Below are positions 36,856-47,177 of a stretch of 64,000 nucleotides of DNA, piece by piece; the stretch's first letter is position 1, and each line of letters starts with the position of its first letter. The stretch is taken from positions 16,629 to 80,628 of the forward strand of contig JBBTRK010000014.1 of assembly GCA_038065235.1 (NCBI GenBank), in the 5' to 3' direction. The notes under the pieces were generated by a model. It worked only from the letters and a program-made list of their open reading frames with translations, did no database searches and was not told where the DNA came from. The position numbers and the translations under genes were made by a program. This DNA comes from Patescibacteria group bacterium. Lineage in GTDB: Bacteria; Patescibacteriota; Patescibacteriia; PEXW01.

Positions 36856-38346
36856 CTAGCTTTGCTTGAAAGTAATGAGCGCAGTCTTTAACTGTTCTTC
36901 AAGTGCAGACGTGAGTTCACCACTATCTTCAATTGCTTTCACCCAGGCACTGGAACCGGTACGGAGGCTCTTGGTAAAATTCTTTTCCCAGGTTTGGACG
37001 TTCTCAACTTCCACGTCATCCAGGTAGCCCTGCGTGACGGCATAGAGCACCGCAACCTGCTCGGGCATAGGCATAGGCTGGCCAATCCCCTGCTTGAGCA
37101 ACTCTGCTGTGCGCTTACCGCGTTCCAGCTGCTTCTTGGTGGCATCATCCAGGTCAGAACCAAACTGCGCAAAGGCCGCGAGCTCACGGTACTGGGCCAT
37201 ATCCAGGCGGAGCTTGCCTGCCACTTTTTTCATGGCCTTGCGCTGGGCGCTGGAACCCACGCGGGAAACGGAAAGGCCAACGTTCAAAGCCGGGCGCTGA
37301 CCTTGGTAGAACAAATCGGATTCCAGAATAATCTGCCCGTCGGTAATGGAGATAACGTTTGTCGGAATATACGCGCTCATGTCGCCAGCCTGCGTTTCGA
37401 TGATCGGCAAGGCCGTGAGCGAACCGCCGCCGTTATCCTTATTGAGCTTGGCCGCGCGCTCCAGTAAACGGGAGTGGAGGTAAAAAATGTCACCCGGGTA
37501 GGCTTCGCGGCCTGGGGGGCGGCGGAGCAAGAGTGAAACTTGACGGTATGCCCAAGCATGTTTGGAGAGGTCGTCGTACACCACGAGCGCGTCTTTCCCT
37601 TTGCTCATGAAGTACTCACCCATGGCACAACCCGCGTACGGGGCGAGGAACGAGAGCGCAGCCGGATCGGCCGCACTCGCCAGCACGATGATGGTGTGGT
37701 TCATGGCGCCGTGCTTCTCCAGCTCGGCGACGATGCGCGCAATCTTGCTGGCCTTCTGGCCAATAGCCACGTAGATACAAATGACCCCGCTGTTCTTCTG
37801 GTTGATAATGGTATCAATAGCAATGGCCGTCTTGCCGGTCTGGCGGTCGCCGATGATGAGCTCGCGCTGGCCGCGGCCGATTGGGATGAGTGCGTCGATT
37901 GCCTTTATACCCGTCTGCACCGGCTGCTTCACTGACTCGCGGGTGATGACGCCAGGTGCCACGCGCTCTACTGGGTAGGTATCCGAAGCTTTGATTGCGC
38001 CTTTGCCATCAATGGGCTCGCCCAACGGGTTCACCACGCGGCCCACAAGCGCATCACCCACGGGCACGGACATTACCTGACCAGTACCGCGGACTTCTTC
38101 GCCTTCGGTCACGTCTGTCGCGCCGTTCAGGATCATGATGCCGACGGTATCCTCTTCCAAGTTCAAGGCTACACCAGTAGCGCCAGAAGCGAACGTGACT
38201 TTCTCGCTAGATTTGACGTTGCTCAAACCTTCGACGCGTGCAATGCCGTCGCCCACGTCAATGACGTGGCCGACCGTAGCCGTGCTGGCCACGGCGGTGT
38301 AGGACTGGAGCTGGGCTTTCAGGACGTCGACGATGGTGTGTGGCAT
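36856..38346 (-). CDS. atpA: ATP synthase F1 alpha
   Basis: [29 protein letters not shown]. Confidence 0.99.
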   Translation of the reverse strand: MPHTIVDVLKAQLQSYTAVASTATVGHVIDVGDGIARVEGLSNVKSSEKVTFASGATGVALNLEEDTVGIMILNGATDVTEGEEVRGTGQVMSVPVGDALVGRVVNPLGEPIDGKGAIKASDTYPVERVAPGVITRESVKQPVQTGIKAIDALIPIGRGQRELIIGDRQTGKTAIAIDTIINQKNSGVICIYVAIGQKASKIARIVAELEKHGAMNHTIIVLASAADPAALSFLAPYAGCAMGEYFMSKGKDALVVYDDLSKHAWAYRQVSLLLRRPPGREAYPGDIFYLHSRLLERAAKLNKDNGGGSLTALPIIETQAGDMSAYIPTNVISITDGQIILESDLFYQGQRPALNVGLSVSRVGSSAQRKAMKKVAGKLRLDMAQYRELAAFAQFGSDLDDATKKQLERGKRTAELLKQGIGQPMPMPEQVAVLYAVTQGYLDDVEVENVQTWEKNFTKSLRTGSSAWVKAIEDSGELTSALEEQLKTALITFKQS

Positions 38347-38366
38347 ACGGGTGGGACGAGGGAGAA

Positions 38367-38768
38367 TTATTGGAGGAGGTGAGATTTGAGTGTGCTGAGG
38401 CGGGAGGCGAGCGCGTTATCGATGAGCCGATCCCCCACCTGGATTTTCACGCCAGCGAGGAGTTTGGCTTCGTGCACGTGCCGGATCTTCACTTTCTGAT
38501 GCAATGCCTTCTCTAAGTTTTCAGTGAGTTCCGCGTCTTCTGCGGCAGTAATGGTTTTTGCGCTCCGGACCTTCACGATGATAGGCCCGCCCTGCTCGGC
38601 AATGAGCCGTTCCAATTCTGCGGCGATGCGCGGGATAAGCCGCAGTTGCCGCTGACGAGCCAGCGTTCGCACGAGTCGATCGGCCACCTCGACGCGATCC
38701 TTCACGGGCGCAGCTTGGGCAGCGCTCAGGTAGGCTTCAGCATACTGGCGGACAGAAGCTTTACGCAT
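38367..38768 (-). CDS. atpH: ATP synthase F1 delta (short)
   Basis: [21 protein letters not shown]; position in operon. Confidence 0.9.
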   Translation of the reverse strand: MRKASVRQYAEAYLSAAQAAPVKDRVEVADRLVRTLARQRQLRLIPRIAAELERLIAEQGGPIIVKVRSAKTITAAEDAELTENLEKALHQKVKIRHVHEAKLLAGVKIQVGDRLIDNALASRLSTLKSHLLQ

Positions 38769-39264
38769 GTTTACTTTCCTCTACAGCTTCAGCGACGAGT
38801 TTCTTATCCAGATCTTTAGTTGTGCCCTGCGGAACGACTTTCTGCGTGGCGCTGATGATAAGGTTCACGAGTTCGGTCTTCGCTTCGGTGAGTGCCTGAA
38901 GCTTCTCGGCAGCAATTTCATTACGGGCGTGCTTCCGCATCGTCGCGAGCTCCGCGTCAATTTCATCTATACGCTGCTTCCGGTAGCGCTCACTCTCCAC
39001 TTCCACTTTCTCCATAATATGCTGGGCATCTTTGCGAGCCTCTAGAATCTTCGCTTCTTTTAACTTTTCCGCTTCGGCGAGCTTCACTTCAACCGCTTTC
39101 GCGTTTTTCAGACTCTGCTCAATCTTCTCCCGCCGCTCGGCCATGGCCTTCAGCACTGGCTTGTACGCAAACTTCCACAGCACGAAGAGTACAATCCCAA
39201 AGTTGAGGATTTGTGCCAGGAGCAGCGTGGGCTCGATACCGAATTTCTTGACTAACTCTTCCAT
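38761..39264 (-). CDS. atpF: ATP synthase Fo subunit b
   Basis: AQILNF...KFAYKP...ERREKI. Confidence 0.95.
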   Translation of the reverse strand: MEELVKKFGIEPTLLLAQILNFGIVLFVLWKFAYKPVLKAMAERREKIEQSLKNAKAVEVKLAEAEKLKEAKILEARKDAQHIMEKVEVESERYRKQRIDEIDAELATMRKHARNEIAAEKLQALTEAKTELVNLIISATQKVVPQGTTKDLDKKLVAEAVEESKHA

Positions 39265-39329
39265 AAAATTAAGGTGTTACTCGCTAGCCTTCCCTCACCA
39301 GCAGTGGCGAGGGATTCGTCAGCGAAGAA

Positions 39330-39557
39330 CTAGACGAACTTGATGATGAGCGCGACAACCAAAGCATACACGGCAATGGCTTCGGCAAACGCCATGGCAA
39401 TGAGCATCGGCACTTGAATCTTACTCGCGGCTTCGGGGTTGCGGCCAATAGCTTCCATGGCCTTGGCGGCCAACTTACCAATGGCGAACGCTGGACCGAA
39501 TCCACCGATGGCAATTGCCAGTGCGGCGGCAAACAACTTCGCGGATGCTTCTTCCAT
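39330..39557 (-). CDS. atpE: ATP synthase Fo subunit c (probably H+-type)
   Basis: GRNPEA loop; FAEAIAVY carboxylate without the Q...ES/T Na+ signature. Confidence 0.96.
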   Translation of the reverse strand: MEEASAKLFAAALAIAIGGFGPAFAIGKLAAKAMEAIGRNPEAASKIQVPMLIAMAFAEAIAVYALVVALIIKFV

Positions 39558-39672
39558 ATAGCTTTCCTTTTCGTACCTGCGCCCCGACGAGGGTTAGGTG
39601 TTTAACGTCGGGCGGTTGGTACAGTTAGTGGTGAAACGTTGAGCGCTCGGCGGAGCAACCAACGTCTCGCCG

Positions 39673-40413
39673 CTAGTGCTCGTGCGTGGCAGTGGCGACC
39701 TTCAGAAAGACCAAGGTTAGCATAGCGAATATGAATGCCTGGATAAAGCCTACAAAGATCTCTAGGAACATGAACGGGATGGGGACGACGTACGGGATGA
39801 TGAGACCAATGACTATGAGCAGCACCTCCCCGGCGAAGACGTTGCCGAACAACCGGAAGCTGAACGAGAGGATCTTGGCAAATTCTGACATTGCTTCCAG
39901 CGCGCCGACGAAGCCCATGATCGGATCCTTGAAGTTAATGTACTTCTTCATGTGCTTACCGAAGCCGAGGACAACCACGGCAATGACCTGCGTCGCTACC
40001 ACCGAGATAAGTGCGAGTGCCAGGGTGAAGTTCAAATCTGCGGCTGGACCACGTAAGATTGGCACGAATACTTCCTTGCCGTCGTGCAATTCGCGGAAGC
40101 CGATAGTCCCCACGCCGGGCAAGAGGCCAAGCCAGTTGCCAATGAGGATGAATATGAAAAACGTGAAAATGAACGGGAAGAACTTCTCGGATTGCGCCCG
40201 GCTCCCAGTGACCGAGTCCATGATGCCGAGTGCGCCGTCGAACAGGAACTCCACCAAGTTCTGCAGCCCATGCGGGACGAGCTTGGCTTTACGCAGGAAC
40301 GATGCACCGATGATGATCAGCACAACGACGATCCAGGTGGTGAGCACGCTGTTATTCACCGGGATGGGACCCAGGTGGAATATGGTTTCGGCAGCGAGAG
40401 AGACTTCAGCCAT
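39673..40413 (-). CDS. atpB: ATP synthase Fo subunit a
   Basis: LSFSFRLFGNVFAGE, LEIFVGFIQAFIF. Confidence 0.97.
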   Translation of the reverse strand: MAEVSLAAETIFHLGPIPVNNSVLTTWIVVVLIIIGASFLRKAKLVPHGLQNLVEFLFDGALGIMDSVTGSRAQSEKFFPFIFTFFIFILIGNWLGLLPGVGTIGFRELHDGKEVFVPILRGPAADLNFTLALALISVVATQVIAVVVLGFGKHMKKYINFKDPIMGFVGALEAMSEFAKILSFSFRLFGNVFAGEVLLIVIGLIIPYVVPIPFMFLEIFVGFIQAFIFAMLTLVFLKVATATHEH

Positions 40414-40677
40414 TTACTTCTTCGGTAATATGGGTGGTGTGGATTCCTGCTCGACGTCTTTGAGCAGCTTCTTGAACTTCCAGACCAACCCGAACGAGGT
40501 GAGAATAATAGAGACGAGAACGCCGGCGAGGAACAGCCAGGGCGAGGTTTCAAGACGTTTATCTAACAATCTACCCCCTAAACCGAGCATAACAATGGGA
40601 ATGGCGATGATATAGCCGAGCTCCCAGGCCATGCCCAGAGCCTTCCAGAACCCCTGCTGCTGCGGTGTTTCGGCCAT
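40414..40677 (-). CDS. AtpZ/AtpI family protein
   Basis: AWELGYIIAIP...GRLLDKRLETSPW; first gene of the atp operon; start at ATG 40677. Confidence 0.85.
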   Translation of the reverse strand: MAETPQQQGFWKALGMAWELGYIIAIPIVMLGLGGRLLDKRLETSPWLFLAGVLVSIILTSFGLVWKFKKLLKDVEQESTPPILPKK

Positions 40678-40745
40678 AATCAGAACGGAAAATGCGTGGT
40701 TCTGCGGGTATTCCGCCGAATCGGCCAAAAATATGGCGCGCAATA

Positions 40746-40773
40746 ATTGTATGAATTGAAGCCAAAATGTCAA
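40746..40773 (-). promoter_or_regulatory. atp operon promoter
   Basis: Minus strand TTGACA-N16-TACAAT. Confidence 0.65.
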
Positions 40774-40855
40774 GTATCGAGCTTTCCTACCCTTGCCCGC
40801 CCCAGTAAAAAGGTGTTAGGGTTCGGGAAAAGCAAATACCAAGGAAGGAGACGAC

Positions 40856-41314
40856 ATGCCGAAGGTTCTGTTCATTGAAGATGACACGACAATTTGCCGC
40901 GCTCTCACCGAGGCCGCCCAAAATGCAGCCTGGATTTCAGAGCAGGTACCAGGGAACGACATTAAGCGTGGCCGGGCTGTAGACTTAGCAACAGCAAACA
41001 CGAAGTACGACGCGATTATCGTCGCGGGATACTTCCTCGAAGCGGATATCCCTTATGGGCACAAGGTTGTGGAGCAAATTCGCAAACGAAAATGTACTTC
41101 CATCATCGTTGGCACATCTGGCGACCCCAAGCGTGAAGCAGATTTCCTCAAGGCTGGTGCGGACGCATTCGTCTGCCGGGGTTCCGGGGTGCTGAACAAT
41201 CCTGCGGGTGGGTTCACCAAAGCAGCCGAACTCTTCGACCAAGGCTTTGAAGCGGCCAAACAGACAAGCAACAAAAAGAAAGAGAACACTAAACCAACAC
41301 CTGATCAAACGTGA
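40856..41314 (+). CDS. Stand-alone atypical receiver (CheY-like) domain
   Basis: KVLFIEDD, YDAIIVAG, IVGTS, KAGADAFV; AAGGAAGGA SD. Confidence 0.75.
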   Translation: MPKVLFIEDDTTICRALTEAAQNAAWISEQVPGNDIKRGRAVDLATANTKYDAIIVAGYFLEADIPYGHKVVEQIRKRKCTSIIVGTSGDPKREADFLKAGADAFVCRGSGVLNNPAGGFTKAAELFDQGFEAAKQTSNKKKENTKPTPDQT

Positions 41315-41324
41315 TCGGGTGTTT

Positions 41325-42002
41325 TTACTTCCTCGGCCCCAGCACCACGGTGAACTCCCCTTTCACGGCATCGGCGCGCAGGGCGGCGAGTGCGTCGGCG
41401 GGTTTGCCACGGTAGAGGTGCTCGAAGGTTTTGGTGAGCTCCCGCGCTACAAAGACTTCCCGTTCTGGGCAGTTATCCACGAAAAACTGGAGAACCTTCT
41501 CCACCCGGTGTGGCGACTCGAAGAACACCGCTGGCCGCTCATCGGCAACCATATTTTTTAGGATTGTCTGCCGGCCGTTCTTGAGCGGCAGAAAGCCGTA
41601 GCCCGTGTACTGCTGCAAGGGGAAACCGCAGACGGACAGTGCAGTTGCCATTGCCGACGGCCCGGGGATTGGGACCACCTTCACCTCGGGGCACTCACGG
41701 TACACACGCTCGACGAGCCGGCCGCCGGGATCGGCGATGTTTGGCGTACCACGGTCTGCCACGAGCGCCAGAGATTCTCCTCGCTTCAAACGCGCAATAA
41801 TTGCGTCTTCCCGGGCCCCACGGGTGTGCTCGTCGTAGCGGACGAGCTCTTTCTGGGCGCCAATGTGTGTCAGAATCTTGGCAGCTTCCCGCGTATCTTC
41901 GGCCAGCACGGCGTTTACGTGTGCCAAAGTTTCTTTCGCGCGGACGCTAAGATCAGCTAAGTTCCCAATTGGCGTAGCAACGATGTACAGCGTACTAGAC
42001 AT
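41325..42002 (-). CDS. rsmI: 16S rRNA C1402 2'-O-methyltransferase
   Basis: LYIVATPIGNL, AEDTR, DPG, PIPGPSA, FESPHR, ARELTK. Confidence 0.96.
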   Translation of the reverse strand: MSSTLYIVATPIGNLADLSVRAKETLAHVNAVLAEDTREAAKILTHIGAQKELVRYDEHTRGAREDAIIARLKRGESLALVADRGTPNIADPGGRLVERVYRECPEVKVVPIPGPSAMATALSVCGFPLQQYTGYGFLPLKNGRQTILKNMVADERPAVFFESPHRVEKVLQFFVDNCPEREVFVARELTKTFEHLYRGKPADALAALRADAVKGEFTVVLGPRK

Positions 42003-42510
42003 TGATAATTGCTTTCACCCCACGAATGGCTTCGGGCAAAAGCGGCATGAGGCTATTACCGATTGCACCGAGCAGGCTGGCGACACGAGAACCTTCCAGG
42101 TATTCCGTGAGGCTCGCGCTGACCTCCAGCCGCTGCGCCAACCCGACGAGCAAGCCAAGGATGAGCGCGCCTTCAACCAGACCGACGAGCGCGCCCCCCA
42201 AGCGGTTGATGGAACCAACACCAGGGACAACCTTCACGACGTTTAAAATCTTTCCCACACTGCCAGTCGCAATTGCCACGGCGCGGTTGACGACAACGAA
42301 GATAACCGTGAATGCCAGCCACTGGCTCAAGCCTAACCGGTCACCAGCTGCGCCCAACCACCCGCCAGCCACGGCGTACGTCCGGCCAGCGATGATTGCC
42401 CCTGCGATGACACCCACGACCCCGCCGAGCGTTTGGATGAGGCCGTACCAGAATCCGGCCCAGACGAAGCCGAACCAGAGGACGAGGAGGATAATGTCAG
42501 CGCTGCTCAT
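41995..42510 (-). CDS. CvpA (colicin V production) family protein
   Basis: DIILL...GFWYG, INRLGGALVGLVEG. Confidence 0.85.
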   Translation of the reverse strand: MSSADIILLVLWFGFVWAGFWYGLIQTLGGVVGVIAGAIIAGRTYAVAGGWLGAAGDRLGLSQWLAFTVIFVVVNRAVAIATGSVGKILNVVKVVPGVGSINRLGGALVGLVEGALILGLLVGLAQRLEVSASLTEYLEGSRVASLLGAIGNSLMPLLPEAIRGVKAIINV

Positions 42511-43970
42511 ACGACGCGTTGGAACAATGGTGGAGCTTTGACGATTTTCTTTGCCCGTAGCGCCTTGGTCATCGTGGCTGCGGTGACGGGTAGGTACGAC
42601 GTGAGCGCGTGGCTAATCTCCAAGAGTTGTGCCACGAGCTGCGCGAGAAGAAGTTTCAGCTTCTTAACATCCGCAGGCTTCGCGCTCTTCGCTAATGCCC
42701 AGGGTTTTGCCGTATCGATTGCCTGGTTGGCCCAGGTGATGGCTTTCCAGGTGGCGGCGAGCGAGCCAGTGAAATCGTACTTCAACGTCTGCTGCTCGGC
42801 CTTACCGAGTGGCTTCGGCGCATCCACAGACTTCACTACACCCCCACAGTACTGCTCGACCATATTCGTTGTCCGGGACAAGAGGTTGCCTAGGCCATTC
42901 GCCAAATCGGCGTTGAACTTCTCGGTGAAGCGCTGCACTGGCAAGTCCCCATCTTGGCCGAACGGGAACGGAGTGAGCAGAAGGTACCGGGTGCCATCCA
43001 CGCCGTACTTCGCGACCAGATCGACAGGGTTAATGACATTGCCAATGCTCTTACTCATCTTGCGGCCATCGATAGTGAAGTACCCATGCGCGAACATGGT
43101 CGCGGGCACAGGTTCACCGACCGCCATGAGCAGTGCTGGCCAATAGATGGTGTGGAACTTTAGGATATCGCGCGCCATAAAGTGCACCACCTCGCCACGC
43201 CACCACTGCCGGTACTGCCGCACGTTCTTGCCGTATCCAACACCGGTGAGGTAGTTCGGGAGCGCGTCCACCCACACGTACGCCGTCTGCGTCTTGTCCC
43301 ACGGCAGCGGTATTCCCCACTTCACGTTCTCACGCGAAATTGAAAAATCTTGAATTCCTTGCCTAAAGTACCCCAGCACTTCTTGCCGCGCAGCCGAGGG
43401 AAGAATCTTAAGCGTATTTGCGGTGATAGCTTTCTTCAACTGGGGCAAATAATCGGTGAGGCGGAAAAACCAGTTATGCTCGACGAGCTCTTGCGGCACG
43501 GTATTGTGCAACGGACACTTCCCATCTACGAGCTCTTTCTCGGTGAGGAACCGCTCACAGCCCTGGCAGTACAAACCCTTGTACTCACCTTGGTACACCG
43601 CCGGCCGGCCGAGCGGGGTGGTGGCAGCTTTTAATTTCGTCAAAAAAGTCTGAACGCCAAGGACGTGGTCAGACTCGGTGGTGCGGATGAACCGATCGAA
43701 ACCAATATTTAGCTGCTGGAACACATGCTGGAAAGCTTTGGCTTGTAGGTCGACGAACGCTTGGGAGGTAACGCCAGTGCTAGCGGCAGTGTCCGCAACT
43801 TTCTGGCCGTGCTCGTCGGTGCCCGTGAGGAAAAACACCTTACGCCCAAGTATGCGCCAAGCGCGGACCACGACGTCTGCCGCGATCGTCGTGTACGCAT
43901 GCCCCACGTGTGGCGCACCATTGGCGTAGTAAATAGGCGTCGTCAGCAGAAGCGGGACGCGTTTGGACAT
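42507..43970 (-). CDS. metG: Methionine--tRNA ligase (short form)
   Basis: TTPIYYANGAPHVGHAY, TGTDEHG, YVWVDAL, KMSKS. Confidence 0.98.
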   Translation of the reverse strand: MSKRVPLLLTTPIYYANGAPHVGHAYTTIAADVVVRAWRILGRKVFFLTGTDEHGQKVADTAASTGVTSQAFVDLQAKAFQHVFQQLNIGFDRFIRTTESDHVLGVQTFLTKLKAATTPLGRPAVYQGEYKGLYCQGCERFLTEKELVDGKCPLHNTVPQELVEHNWFFRLTDYLPQLKKAITANTLKILPSAARQEVLGYFRQGIQDFSISRENVKWGIPLPWDKTQTAYVWVDALPNYLTGVGYGKNVRQYRQWWRGEVVHFMARDILKFHTIYWPALLMAVGEPVPATMFAHGYFTIDGRKMSKSIGNVINPVDLVAKYGVDGTRYLLLTPFPFGQDGDLPVQRFTEKFNADLANGLGNLLSRTTNMVEQYCGGVVKSVDAPKPLGKAEQQTLKYDFTGSLAATWKAITWANQAIDTAKPWALAKSAKPADVKKLKLLLAQLVAQLLEISHALTSYLPVTAATMTKALRAKKIVKAPPLFQRVV

Positions 43971-43981
43971 AGGATTCGAAT

Positions 43982-45040
43982 TTACTGTTCCAGTTGAAGT
44001 TCTGCCTCGCGTCGCTTGCCAAAGATATCCTGGTACACGGTCATGACGATGAGGGTGACGGGAACAGCAAGGATAACCCCGAGCAATCCCGCGACTTTTG
44101 CCCCAATGAGCAGCACAACGATGGTGACAATAGAGTGTAAACCAGTTGTGCTCTTCATAACCTTAGGGACAATAAGGTTATTCTCAATCTGCTGGACGAC
44201 AATGAAGAGGACGATGGTAAGGATGCCCTTGGTTGGGCTCTGCGTGAAACCAATGAATGCCGCAGGTACCATTGCAATGGTCGAGCCAATCATGGGAATG
44301 AACTCCATGAGGCCGGCGAAGAGCGCAAGTACGAGGGCATACTTAACACCTAAGATAAGTAAACCAATGTAACTCATGATAGCCACGATGAGCAGCAGCA
44401 GGAGCTGACCCCGCAGCCAGCCGCCCATTTTGAATTGAATCTTCGTGATTAGCTCGTGCAGGTAGGGCTGAAACCTCAACGGGGCAAAGGAACGAAAAAG
44501 CTTCTTCATCCCACTCTCTTCAGTCACCATGTAGAAAGTAATGATAAGCACGGCAATGAAGGCAATGACTCCACCGAAGAAGCCACTGAGCGCCGAGAAC
44601 ACGCTCCCGCTGGCGCTGGTGACACTGCCTTGAATGGACTGCAAAACGCTCGAGATGTTCTGCTGGATGCCGGCTTGGCCCGAGAGATCCCGCAGGGCTT
44701 GGAACTCATTGATGAACTTCTGGTAGATAGCGGGGAAATTCTGCGTAAGCTCGTTAAACTGGGCAATGAGCGGCGGGATAAGGAGGCCCAGGATAACGCT
44801 AATGCCACCGAAGAGGATAATATAGATGATAATGAGACCCAGCGTGCGGGGAATGCGCCGCGCTTGGAGCTTGTCGACCCACGGATCGAGGGCAGTTGCG
44901 AGCACGACGGCAACGAGGAAAAGGACAAAGACTTCACGGATGGCGTACGCGAATGCGAGCACCAGCACAACCCCAACCAAACGGAGCATGGTTGCCGTAG
45001 AAATGCTGACGCTGACGTTGCGGTTATCTCCAATATCCAT
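43982..45040 (-). CDS. AI-2E family transporter
   Basis: LDPWV, WLRGQ, EFIPMIG, QQIENNLIVPKVM, ILAVP. Confidence 0.92.
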   Translation of the reverse strand: MDIGDNRNVSVSISTATMLRLVGVVLVLAFAYAIREVFVLFLVAVVLATALDPWVDKLQARRIPRTLGLIIIYIILFGGISVILGLLIPPLIAQFNELTQNFPAIYQKFINEFQALRDLSGQAGIQQNISSVLQSIQGSVTSASGSVFSALSGFFGGVIAFIAVLIITFYMVTEESGMKKLFRSFAPLRFQPYLHELITKIQFKMGGWLRGQLLLLLIVAIMSYIGLLILGVKYALVLALFAGLMEFIPMIGSTIAMVPAAFIGFTQSPTKGILTIVLFIVVQQIENNLIVPKVMKSTTGLHSIVTIVVLLIGAKVAGLLGVILAVPVTLIVMTVYQDIFGKRREAELQLEQ

Positions 45041-45063
45041 GTGTGGAGTATACTGCCTTGGCT

Positions 45064-46326
45064 CTAGCCTTGCAAAAGCCTGGTAAACTGCTTGTGATCC
45101 GTGTACGGTCCCACAATTGCCAGCCGGTACGCGCGCGGCCGCAACACTTGCCGAGCAACGTTCTCGATTGCGCGCCGCGTGACCTTTTCAAAATCTGCAA
45201 TCCGCTCTCTATCAGTTTTTACTTTCCGCTGGAAGAGCGCTTGCTTCCCCAGCCAGCCTGCGACGTTCTCAGAATCTTCCAACGAGAGAATAAACTTTCC
45301 CTTGATATACTCTTTCGCTCGGTGAAGCTCTTCGGCAGTGATTCCGTTGCGCACGAGCTTGGCAAGTTCGGAGGTTATTGCAGGGATTGCCTGGTCAACG
45401 CGGTTCTTGTCGATGCCGGCTTGAATAGCGAGATGGCCCACCTGCTCGTAGGGGTTCACACTGGCGCGGATGTAGTAGCACAGGCCGCGGCGCTCCCGAA
45501 TTTCAATAAAGAGCCGGGAACTCATGGTGCCGCCGAGGATGATAGAAAGGAGCGCGAGCGCGTCGTTCCGCTTGTCGAGGTAGCCAAAGGTCGGCATGCC
45601 AATAGTTAGGTGGACCTGCTCGGTAGCTTTCTGCCGCAAAACTACCCCAGGTTTGGCAAAACCTGTTTGCGGGACGAAGCGTTTACCTACACGTTTACTA
45701 GGGTACTTCTGAAAGTACGAGGTTATAAGGCGGCGAACATTCTTCGGCACGCTACCCGAAACGATGATGGTGGTGTTACTGCCGACGTAGTAGGAATCTT
45801 TGTACTGCAGCATGGCTTTTCGATTCATACTCACAATCCCCTGCTTGGTCCCGGCAATGTTCCGGCCGAGCGGGGTGCTGCCGTAGAGCTGTTTCTCGAA
45901 AACATCCTCGACGAGCGCCATGGGATTATCCTCGTACATGTTAATCTCCTCAATGATCACGCCCCGCTCACGGTCTAGCTCTTTGGCGTCGAACTTGGAA
46001 TTTATGAGCATGTCCGAGAGCATATCGAGCGCGAGGTCCAAGTGCTGCTTGCTAGCCTTGATGTAGTAGGCAGTGTGGTCTTTGCTGGTGAAGGCGTTGA
46101 ACTCCGCGCCAATGCTATCGAGCTCGCGGGAAATCGTCTGCGTGTCGGGTCGGCGCTTGGTACCCTTGAACATGAGGTGCTCCAAGAAGTGCGATGCGCC
46201 GTTGAGCGGAACGCCTTCGTAGCGGGAACCGACTTTTACAAAGACCATGACGGTGACGGCCTGGGTATCTTTCCGTGGGGCAATGATGACCCGGGCGCTA
46301 TTCTTGAGGTTGAATGAGGTGAACAT
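45064..46326 (-). CDS. M16 (pitrilysin-like) zinc peptidase
   Basis: GSRYE, HFLEH, NAFTS, ERGVIIEE, SSRLFIEIRE. Confidence 0.95.
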   Translation of the reverse strand: MFTSFNLKNSARVIIAPRKDTQAVTVMVFVKVGSRYEGVPLNGASHFLEHLMFKGTKRRPDTQTISRELDSIGAEFNAFTSKDHTAYYIKASKQHLDLALDMLSDMLINSKFDAKELDRERGVIIEEINMYEDNPMALVEDVFEKQLYGSTPLGRNIAGTKQGIVSMNRKAMLQYKDSYYVGSNTTIIVSGSVPKNVRRLITSYFQKYPSKRVGKRFVPQTGFAKPGVVLRQKATEQVHLTIGMPTFGYLDKRNDALALLSIILGGTMSSRLFIEIRERRGLCYYIRASVNPYEQVGHLAIQAGIDKNRVDQAIPAITSELAKLVRNGITAEELHRAKEYIKGKFILSLEDSENVAGWLGKQALFQRKVKTDRERIADFEKVTRRAIENVARQVLRPRAYRLAIVGPYTDHKQFTRLLQG

Positions 46327-46344
46327 AGTGGTTCAAAAAAATGG

Positions 46345-47175
46345 TTAGTTTTTTCTAGGATTACGGTTAGCCAGGATCCAATCAATAGCCTCTGCCACGC
46401 CATCCTGGTCGCACGAGGCGACGACATGGTCTGCTGCGCGCTCTACTGCAGCGGCAGCGTTCTTCACTGCAAAGCTTTCGCCCGCGACTTTGAACATTGG
46501 AATATCATTGTACCCGTCGCCAATTGCCGCGGTCTGCGCCATTTCCAGGTTGTAGTGCTCGGCCAGGTATCGAAGCGCGAAACCTTTGTCCACATGCGGG
46601 TGAAGGAACTCCAAAAGGTTGGCGCGCGTGCGGGTTATATAAAGCTTACTCCCCCACTTGCGCTGTGCCAGTGCTTCCAGTTTTATAACTTTCTCGGGTC
46701 GAGTTACAAACATGATCTTAATGGGCGGGTGCGAGAACGGAAATGTCCGAAGGTTCACTAAGCTAATCTGCCGCACTTGCTCAATGCGGTCGAGGTACTC
46801 CTTGCCATAACGGTCGAGTGGCCGTTGGAAAAAAACGGTTTCGTGGTCTAGCACGTAGACGCAGACCTGAACTTTGTGACGCAAACCAAACTCTACGACA
46901 TCGAGAAAGTGCTGGGGCGGCATGGTGCGGGAAGCTAACACCTTACTTTTCCCACGCAAGAGTGCGCCTTGGAAGCACGCCAGAGTATGCGTTAGCCCAA
47001 GCTGCTTGGCGAACGGGAGCGTCGTGGTAAACGTCCGACCCGTGGCGAGCGTGACTATAATCCCCGCCCGAATTGCCCGCCGCACGGCACGTTTGTTGAC
47101 CTGGGATATACGAAAGTTTGACCCAATAAGCGTGTCATCGAGGTCAATCGCTAACAGTTTAATCTGGTGTCGCAC
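46345..47175 (-). CDS. Cof-type HAD-IIB hydrolase
   Basis: DLDDTL, ATGR, VDKG, GDGYND. Confidence 0.93.
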   Translation of the reverse strand: MRHQIKLLAIDLDDTLIGSNFRISQVNKRAVRRAIRAGIIVTLATGRTFTTTLPFAKQLGLTHTLACFQGALLRGKSKVLASRTMPPQHFLDVVEFGLRHKVQVCVYVLDHETVFFQRPLDRYGKEYLDRIEQVRQISLVNLRTFPFSHPPIKIMFVTRPEKVIKLEALAQRKWGSKLYITRTRANLLEFLHPHVDKGFALRYLAEHYNLEMAQTAAIGDGYNDIPMFKVAGESFAVKNAAAAVERAADHVVASCDQDGVAEAIDWILANRNPRKN

Positions 47176-47177
47176 GC

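Noticed and set aside
39686-40615. 309-aa plus-strand ORF and many other long antisense ORFs
   Set aside because: They are shadows of well-supported genes on the opposite strand and have no recognisable motifs
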